Below are positions 55,569-64,000 of a stretch of 64,000 nt of DNA, piece by piece. Numbering within the stretch: the first letter of the stretch is position 1; the number at the start of each line of letters is the position of its first letter. The translations under genes were made by a program, and so were the position numbers. This stretch comes from Eledone cirrhosa. Its lineage: Eukaryota. The DNA lies in the NCBI GenBank assembly GCA_964016885.1, contig OZ024762.1, positions 682,001 to 746,000 on the forward strand, in the 5' to 3' direction. Under the pieces are notes generated by a model. The model was not told the DNA's origin. It ran no database searches and saw only the letters and a list, made by a program, of their open reading frames with translations.

Positions 55569-57108
55569 TGGCAATAACACAACACTGTAAATATAGTTTT
55601 GTTAAAAGACTCTTCTTGATATTATCTGACCTGTTGATGGCCGTTATTATACTAATGGGGGAGGGCTTAGTGGTTAGGGTTGTTTAGTTGTCAGTTGTAA
55701 GGTTGTGAGTTGGATTCCTGCTGGTGTGTTGTGTCCTTGAGCAAGACACTTTATTTCACATTGCTCCAGTCCACTTTGTCCTTGGGCAAGACACTTTATT
55801 TCACATTGCTCCAGTCCACTGTGTCCTTGAGCAAGACACTTTATTTCACATTGCTCCAGTCCACTTTGTCCTTGGGCAAGACACTTTATTCACGTTGCTC
55901 CAGTCTACTGTGCAATATGTGTGCTGGAAGTCCCGTAAGAGAGAATGTAGCTGCAGTCTGTCTTAGGTACGTCTCTAAGATGTGATCAGGTCTAACACTG
56001 TTAAAAGTGTTTCACATGTCCAGCTTTACTAGGAGACGAGGGAACAGTGAGTGTGTTCAATGGAGTGTCAAAGTGTGTTCAATGAAGTATCGATCACCAA
56101 TCACCCTCACCTCCTCCTATTCTTCCGTGACAGTTTTTAAAAAATATATATTTTCTCATTTTACATTCCATTCTTTCTTCTCAATTAACGAATTAAAGAC
56201 GCCATATTGTTTTGAAAATGAGATAATGAACAATTTATTCACAGTTGTATTTTTTCCAGCTTGTGACATTTGAGACGTTGGTGGAGTCGGGCCGCTGACA
56301 GCAAAGTTCTTAGAAGTCATAGTGATACGTATACACAACCACAAGGATATGGTCCGAACGTGGAAGAGTCGAACTCCCACTGCCATCGCCTCCATCTCTC
56401 TCGTCCTCCCCATCTCTCTGTATAGTGAGCAAATGGGGTCCCACGTGCTGGCTTCCCCACAGCCTCGGTGGACAGAATGGAGAAGGTGTTTCTCCGGGGT
56501 ATGGTAAGGGAGATGCGTTGGAGGTTCTTGTCATCGCTGGCGGCTCAACGTATTTATTTTATTCTTGTTTCACATTATATCTGTCAACACTGAATTAACT
56601 ATTGCTTTGTACGTGCAGAAGAAGTGTCTGGGTAATCAACCAGATTGCTTATACCAATATTTGGCGGGATTATATTCAATGTAATTTACGATTCCTTCAT
56701 CGCCTGTTCGATAATCAGTGATTTCTTTGTGGGAGGCCGAGAGCAACATGCCGAGACGATGTAATGTAATATTGTTTATCGATGTAATTGATCAAATAAT
56801 CATCTCTTTTCACCATCAATACCTAATCATGACTTTTTTCGGCCTCCATAATTGCAGGGGCGGTGGAAGTATTTCTGAATTGGAGGGGAGGGTGGGAACA
56901 AATTTGGTCAATTTAGTTGTAGTGATTAGTTTAGCTGTTATCAAATATCAACCAAGATGTAACAAAAACAACTTCGATATGTGATAAACATAACATTACA
57001 TAAATTGTAGCGTGTATAAAAATAGATGTGTTTTGGTAGTTTGGGGGGAAAATATAATTATTGAGGAGGAGGCACCCTCTCAGTTCCACCCCCCTCATCA
57101 TAAAAGTA

Positions 57109-57319
57109 CAGGGTGGACCAGAATCCATGACTCACTTGTTAGTTATATTTCTTAACATGCTTATTTTATTGTTATTGTTTTAATTTATTATTTTATTTCT
57201 TGATATGCCTCACAGGTTTCTTAATTTATAATCCATTATATTCCTTAACTTGTTTTATAACAATTTGTGTTAATAGATCTATAAATAATCAAGTGAGTCA
57301 TGAATTCTGGTCCACCCTG
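57109..57319. mobile_element. Tc1/mariner-type MITE
   Basis: TA|CAGGGTGGACCAGAATCCATGACTCACTTG ... CAAGTGAGTCATGAATTCTGGTCCACCCTG|TA. Confidence 0.8.
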
Positions 57320-57479
57320 TACCCTGCATTAAATACGAGGGTCCGCTGAGAAGTTCATTGTCTGGCTATGAAGAAGGAGTGATGATAGAGCTTTGTTGAC
57401 GCGTGATGAAAGTCTGGGGCTGAAGTAAGTGTAAGAACTGCCGGAGCTGGAGCAGCTTCAGTATTCTGTCAACGGAAGA

Positions 57480-57840
57480 TGGTCTTCTTGTGACGCTAAA
57501 CTCCGCCAGTTGCAGACTGCACATCAACATGTGATATCTCTCTCCACAAAGTTCGATCACCAACAGCAGGGTTTAAAGAGCAAAGACCAAGTCCAGTCCA
57601 TAGGTTGACATTATCAAGCCATAGTTTTGGCTGCCGACCTCTGCTTCTCTTACCAGCCAACCTTCTTCCCAGGCATAACCGACTCACCGCGAGTTGATCT
57701 TTTTATATGACCGTATAGTTTGAGTACTCTTGACTTGACAATTGATGTAATTGGTCTAAGTCTTGTAATGTTGAGCAGCTCACTGATACAGATACGGTCG
57801 CTGAGCCGCTTGTCAGTCATAAGTCACATGATGTGGCTCT
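57480..57840 (-). mobile_element. RTE-like LINE 3' fragment
   Basis: Translates to LAGKRSRGRQPKLWLDNV. Similar degraded RTE-like pieces lie at ~43280-43450 and ~54300-54600. Confidence 0.6.
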
Positions 57841-57841
57841 G

Positions 57842-57877
<36 letters not shown>

Positions 57878-58259
57878 CGAAGGAGGTGTGGTAAGAAACC
57901 AGGTGGACCATAACCCACCAGAGTACTCGATGTTTAGGGTAGTAGAGTGGGTAACAGGAAAAGAGTCAGGACCCCGACGGCTGAGCTCCAGCCGTTTCGA
58001 CAGCTAGATCTGAACTGACTCTCTATATACACCCACTCTTTATAAGTACCTCTAATACAGGGCCATTGTCCCCCCAATAATGATATAGTTCTCCCCAACT
58101 ACCAAAACACAGCTATCTCTATATGTGCTACCATTTATCTACATGTTATGTATATGATATATCGAAGTTTTCTGGCCATTTTAGAGAGCAAAGAGCTAAA
58201 CTAATCACCACAACTAGATTGTCCAAATTTGGTCCCCCACCAGCTCAGAAATACTCCAC

Positions 58260-58548
58260 TGTGTGTGGGTGTGTGGGTGGGTGTGGGTGTCTGAGAGTGT
58301 GTGGCTGTGTGTGGGTGTCTGAGAGTGTGTGGCTGTGTGTGGGTGTGTGGGTGTCTGAGAGTGTGTGGCTGTGTGTGGGTGTCTGAGAGTGTGTGGCTGT
58401 GTGTGGGTGTCTGAGAGTGTGTGGCTGTGTGTGGGTGTCTGAGAGTGTGTGGCTGTGTGTGGGTGTCTGAGAGTGTGTGGCTGTGTGTGGGTGTCTGAGA
58501 GTGTGTGGCTGTGTGTGGGTGTCTGAGAGTGTGTGGCTGTGTGTGGCT
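58260..58548. repeat. 28-bp GT-rich tandem repeat
   Basis: (GTGTCTGAGAGTGTGTGGCTGTGTGTGG)n. Confidence 0.85.
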
Positions 58549-59017
58549 GCGTTTACCTTGCAATTATGTGAATATTACGGTGACGTGTGCAATAGTAGTG
58601 GTGGTGGTAGTGGTGGTGGTGGTGGTGGTGGTGGTGGTGGTGGTGGTGGTGGTGGTGGTGGTGGTGGTGGTGGTGGTGGTGGTGGTGGTGGTGGTGGTGG
58701 TGGTGGTATGTGGCGGCGGTGGTGGCGGCGGCGGCGGTGGTGGTGGTGGTGGTGGTGGTAGTGGCGGCGGTGGTGGTGGTGGTAGTGGTGGTGGTGGTGG
58801 TGGTGGTAGTAGTGGTGGTGGTAGCGACGGTAGTAGTAGTAGTAGTAGTAGTGGTAATAGTAGTGGTGGTAGCGACGGTGGTGACAGCTGTAGCAATGAA
58901 GGTGGTGGTGGTGGTGAAGCCATCCCTCCTAGTGACGTCACACCAGCTGACTGCTGCAACAGTTAATAAACAGATCTCAGTCGATAAATATATTATTACA
59001 AGCGTTTATCTCTGCCA

Positions 59018-59090
59018 GCCGAAATAGCTCAGTTGGGAGAGCGTTAGACTGAAGATCTAAAGGTCCCTGGTTCAATCCCGGGTTTCGGCA
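59018..59090 (+). tRNA. tRNA-Phe (GAA)
   Basis: Same 73-nt sequence, with an oligo-T Pol III terminator at ~59112-59120. Confidence 0.97.
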
Positions 59091-59566
59091 TCCGGAGGTT
59101 GGCACAATCCATTTTTTTTTAGAAGGCTTTTTAAAAGATCTTATTTTTTTTATGTTTATGTATTTGTTTTACAAAACTGGGGCTTGACTGCCTCCTTCCT
59201 TATTGTACGGGTCTTCGAATTCTTTGGTGTCCTTGGTCCACACATTACCACATAGGAGAAGACTATAAGTTAAATACAGGGTATTGACTGGCCCCTTAGT
59301 GTCCTAGGTCCCTACATTACCACAGAAGAGAGGAAGATAGTTAAATACTGGGGGTCTGAATGACCCTTAGTATCTTTGGTCCCTACATTACCACAGAGGA
59401 GAGGACGATAGTTAAATACTGGGGTCTGATTGACCCAGCTACAGATTGTGTATTGGTGTAATAAAAATAATTATAATAATATATTGTTACCCTAATATAG
59501 AGATATCGTGTCAAAATGGAAAAAAACAGGAGAAAAAATCTAAAATGATTTGTGCCAACCTCCGGA

Positions 59567-59639
59567 TGCCGAAACCCGGGATTGAACCAGGGACCTTTAG
59601 ATCTTCAGTCTAACGCTCTCCCAACTGAGCTATTTCGGC
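59567..59639 (-). tRNA. tRNA-Phe (GAA)
   Basis: Same 73-nt sequence, convergent with the 59018 copy. Confidence 0.96.
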
Positions 59640-59709
59640 TGGCAATAACACAACACTGTAAATATAGTTTTGTTAAAAGACTCTTCTTGATATTATCTGA
59701 CCTGTTGAT

Positions 59710-60081
59710 AAGTCAGTGTTGTTTATGGCAGTTACTGTACTAATGGGGAGGGCTTAGTGGTTAGGGTTGTTAAGTCAGTGTTGTTTATGGCAGTTACTGT
59801 ACTAATGGGGAGGGCTTAGTGGTTAGGGTTGTTAAGTCAGTGTTGTTTATGGCAGTTACTGTACTAATGGGGAGGGCTTAGTGGTTAGGGTTGTTAAGTC
59901 AGTGTTGTTTATGGCAGTTACTGTACTAATGGGGAGGGCTTAGTGGTTAGGGTTGTTAAGTCAGTGTTGTTTATGGCAGTTACTGTACTAATGGGGAGGG
60001 CTTAGTGGTTAGGGTTGTTAAGTCAGTGTTGTTTATGGCAGTTACTGTACTAATGGGGAGGGCTTAGTGGTTAGGGTTGTT
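59710..60081. repeat. 62-bp tandem repeat x6 upstream of the third tRNA-Phe
   Basis: Unit AAGTCAGTGTTGTTTATGGCAGTTACTGTACTAATGGGGAGGGCTTAGTGGTTAGGGTTGTT. A single partial unit occurs at the paralogous position ~55637-55685. Confidence 0.9.
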
Positions 60082-62112
60082 TAGTTGTCAGTTGTAAGGT
60101 TGTGAGTTGGATTCTTGCTGGTGCGTTGTGTCAAAATTGTGTACAGTGCTCAGGTGCACTACAACTCATCAAATGTGCATGTATAGTATATAGAATAATG
60201 TACAAATGTCAAGAAAGTGTATGTTCTACACACAGTGTATGTTCTACACACAGACATACACACCACGCACACACGTGTGTATAGAGGTCGAATATCTGGT
60301 GTAGTGTTGGCGAATTTCAGGGTGGTGCATTGGCAGTAGAATTAGTAGAGCTTCGGACACCATGCTTTAGTTACGGCATAGAGTTACAGCCCTTTACGTT
60401 CTCAGATCAAATCCTGCTGAGGTTATAGCTTTGCATTTCATCATTATGGGGAGATCGATAAAATAAAGTACCAGTAATACACTGGTCAATTTAATCGACG
60501 TTTCTCACGCCACCCCTAAAATTGTTAGCCTTCTGCCTAAATCAGAAACCATTATTTTGCAAGGCATAAGAGATGTACATTGGCAATAGAACCGGTAGAG
60601 CGTCGGACACCATGCTTTGCGGCATAGAGTTATGGCCCTTTACGATCTGGGGTGAAATCCCGCCGAGGTTAGGTTTGTCTTGCATTTAATCCAGGAGAAG
60701 AAGGACGAGGGCGAGTGAATAAAATATTTTTAAAAAGTACCAGTTAAATACTAAGGGTAGATATGATCGATACAAACCCTCCATCCTTCCCGACCCCTCC
60801 AGCTTCCACAGAACCCCAGGTGTTTACTGGTATTGGTATCTGTAGTAGAAACTATTGTTATCTATCAATATATATGTAGAATCTTCCAGAGAAAACGAAA
60901 ATAGTTTTTTGTAAAATGTCAGATGGAAACGTTGATAAACTCACCCCCAGGGGAAATTACGATAGAGACTGTCGGTGATGGTGGTGGTGGTGGTTGCGGT
61001 GGTTGTGGTGATGGCGGTGGTGGTGGTGGTGGAGGTGATGGTGGTGGTAGTGGTAGTGGTGGTGGTGGTTGTGGTGGGGTGGGGGTGGTGAAGGCAAAGA
61101 TTACTATGGGTAGAATTCTGTAGCAAGGGAGATAACTGTTGCTCTCAAGATAAAACATTATAGTTCACAGCTGGTACACTGGGGTAAGAATGGTGTAACA
61201 ACAGCAGTAACACCACCACCAACAACAGTAACAACAACAACCAAAACAACTGCAGCCACAACAACAGTAACACCACCACCAACAACAGTAACACCATCAA
61301 CACCACCAACAACAACAACAGTAACACCATCAACAACAACAACAACAGTAACACCATCAACACCACCATACCACCATATGTGTATACCGAGGTTTTACTG
61401 TAGTTCAAGAACAATAATAAAAACATAAAAGACAAACATACAAAGATACAATCACACAAAGTCTTATTAGTTTCACGCTTGCTGGAAAAAGAAAAAGAAT
61501 GTTTAAACGTATCGGGCGTTAGTCTTTTATCAGGTAAGAATAAAAGAAGTAGGAAGATAGAAAAAAAAAGAGTCAATTTAATAAATACAATTAGCAGTGC
61601 TCATAAGGATGGGCTAGCAAGGCCTATGAGAGGGGTCGGGGTCCAGCCGGTACGTTATTCCGGGCCCCAAGAGCTATGAAGCCCCCCCCCCCCCCCCCCA
61701 CACACACACACAACAACCATGCAATCTCCTTTGCTTGCTTCGGGTCCCATAGGGGTCATGTACCGCCTTGCAAAATTTCTCTTGGAGACCCTGGATCGAA
61801 TGAATTATGGGTGTTTAGCTCTTCGGCTTTTAAACTTCCATGTTGACAATTTATGTTGACATGGTCGTCTGCTTTCTTCCAATTCTTGGTTCACAGTAAA
61901 ATATGGTGTAATTTCATTGGAAAATATTAGTTTTAGGAGGAAAAAAATGTGGTGAGAATAAAATGATTTACAGCTTAGTTTCTGATGGTGGTGGTGGTGG
62001 TGGTGGTGGACGTGGTGTTGATGGGGGTAGTGGCGTGGGGGGGGTTAAAGAGTTTGGAAATGTTGACCAAACCAGTAGCAAATTGTCCGCATCTGTGTGT
62101 GTGTGCTTGTCA

Positions 62113-62156
<44 letters not shown>

Positions 62157-62816
62157 CTATATCTAGGTAGATAGATAGATAGATAGACATCCATACATTC
62201 ACACACACATATATATATATATATGTGTGTGTGTGTGGAGAGAGTGAAAGAGAGAAAGAGAAATATAGATATAAATAGTGAGAGAGAACGACAGAGAGAA
62301 AGAGACAGAGAGAGGGGGGAAGAGAGCGTAAGAGATAGTGAGAGAGGGAGAGAGAGAGAAAGACAGAAAGAAAGAGAGTGAGAGAGAAAGAGATAGAGAT
62401 AGAGAAAGAAGAGAGAGAGAGGGGTTGTGTGGGAAGAAAGAGTCTGTTGGATAGACGCCATTGTAATAATTTAAGCGCCAATGGTCGTCTGCTAAATATG
62501 ACTATTTAAATTGTTTGCTATGTTTGACGGAAGGTTGACATGTCGCTATGAATATCTCCACCTCTACCTCCTTCATCATATCTCGTCTGCAATATAACAA
62601 CCGTCCGTTTCAATGGCAGATTGCGATTAATCAATCCATTATATTATTCTGTTTACTAACATTCCTATGACTTCTCTCCAGCTTAGAAATTATTAATGGA
62701 ATTTCAGCCGGCCGTCCGTCACTTCTCCATGTTTTTCACAGTTCTCTGTGCTACCGTGACCCTTTCCACTTCCGCTTAGATTTTCAATAGCGTAGTTACA
62801 CAAACTTGTATATATG

Positions 62817-62942
<126 letters not shown>

Positions 62943-63329
62943 GGCAATGCTCCAGCATGACCTCAGCCTGTCGGCTGGAACACGTAATAGTAAAATAGAG
63001 TATATATATATATATATAATGCCAATCATTGTAAGTTTGAATCTATCATGCAAAAACATATATATATGAATAAAGTAAGCCCAAATCATAGTACATTCAA
63101 ATATCAGAGAAATGAGGTGCAACAGAAATGAAACATCGATTAGAGGTTAAAATATAGTCTAGATAAATGAGAAACAAAACGAGGATGTAGTTTATGGAAC
63201 ACCCAAATGATTTAGAAGTCGACCTTAAGTAGGAGCAATAACATTAAGAAAGACATGAACAACACCACAGCACTTTGTATGGAAAATTTTGAAAGTAGGT
63301 TTATAAGTATGAATTTTCATAGGAAATTT

Positions 63330-63560
63330 GTAGTTGTCTCTGTGGCCTAGTGGTAGGTACTAGAGACGGTGGAAGTTTCTGTTCTTGGGTTCAATCCTCG
63401 TCTAGAGATACGTCTAACTTTTTTCACTTTTTATTTTACATCCCATAGAAAAAAAAATGAAAAGGTTTGCTGGGTACTCTACTTCCGACCAGGATCGAAC
63501 TTCATACGATGATCATCACCGTCTATGATTCTCCCAACTAGGCCACCAAGACAACTACGA
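63330..63560. mobile_element. Two inverted tRNA-like SINE heads; a third copy at ~35300-35385 (-)
   Basis: TGGCCTAGTGG A-box and GGTTCAATCC B-box, shared GTACTAGAGACGGTGGA. No clean cloverleaf. Confidence 0.5.
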
Positions 63561-63916
63561 AAGTATAATGAAAATTGATAATTATAAACCTACTTTCAAA
63601 ATCGAAGTTAAAAAGATGTGCTGTCGTTCATGGCTTTCCTAGAGCTATTAGTAATATTAAGGGTCAACTTCTGGTCATTACTGAAAGTCTCTGGATTTCG
63701 CAAAATACATATTTTTTATTGGAGAAGGTAAGATACGCAAATGTTCTACACCAGTATTCTTTTATTCCGTTACTGGTTTCAGTCGTGAGACTGCGGCCAC
63801 TCTGGGGCACCGAAATAAAATGGGATCTTAGTCGATCGTATATATCTTGTTTCGGGTCCAGAACTTATTTTATCGACCCCTTATTGTTGAACCGTTAAGT
63901 TACAAGACATAAACAC

Positions 63917-64000
<84 letters not shown>

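Noticed and set aside
56270-56550. GC-richer island with short ORFs on both strands
   Set aside because: No recognisable protein motif or convincing splice pair. Could be an old TE fragment.
59710-60081. TTAGGG motifs suggesting interstitial telomeric repeat
   Set aside because: Only one TTAGGG per 62-bp unit, so not a telomeric array.
63330-63560. Possible tRNA genes
   Set aside because: A/B boxes are present but there is no consistent cloverleaf or anticodon arm. Treated as SINE heads.

Overview
AT-rich, microsatellite-saturated animal genomic DNA. The SINE/LINE repertoire and repeat style suggest an octopod cephalopod (inference only). It contains: (i) the 5' coding exons of an SLC20/PiT sodium-phosphate symporter gene on the minus strand (7 well-supported GT-AG exons, 10126->2066, plus a doubtful stop-containing exon at 602-559); (ii) an apparently intact ~4.6 kb two-ORF APE-RT LINE whose ORF1 looks unusual (Myb/SANT-like N-terminus, polyQ, two CCCH fingers); (iii) a decayed Penelope-like RT and fragments of RTE, R4/Dong-like and L1/Tx1-like LINEs; (iv) three identical tRNA-Phe(GAA) genes; (v) SINEs, MITEs and minisatellites. 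The most striking unannotated signal is a dense population of short elements embedded in (TA)n tracts. They carry type-I hammerhead ribozyme folds (about 18 recognisable cores, roughly 8 sequence families), are often arranged as inverted duplications, and share a covarying RCTC...GAGYRCY stem-loop downstream of the ribozyme. Nearly all other ORFs in the supplied track are translations of simple repeats.
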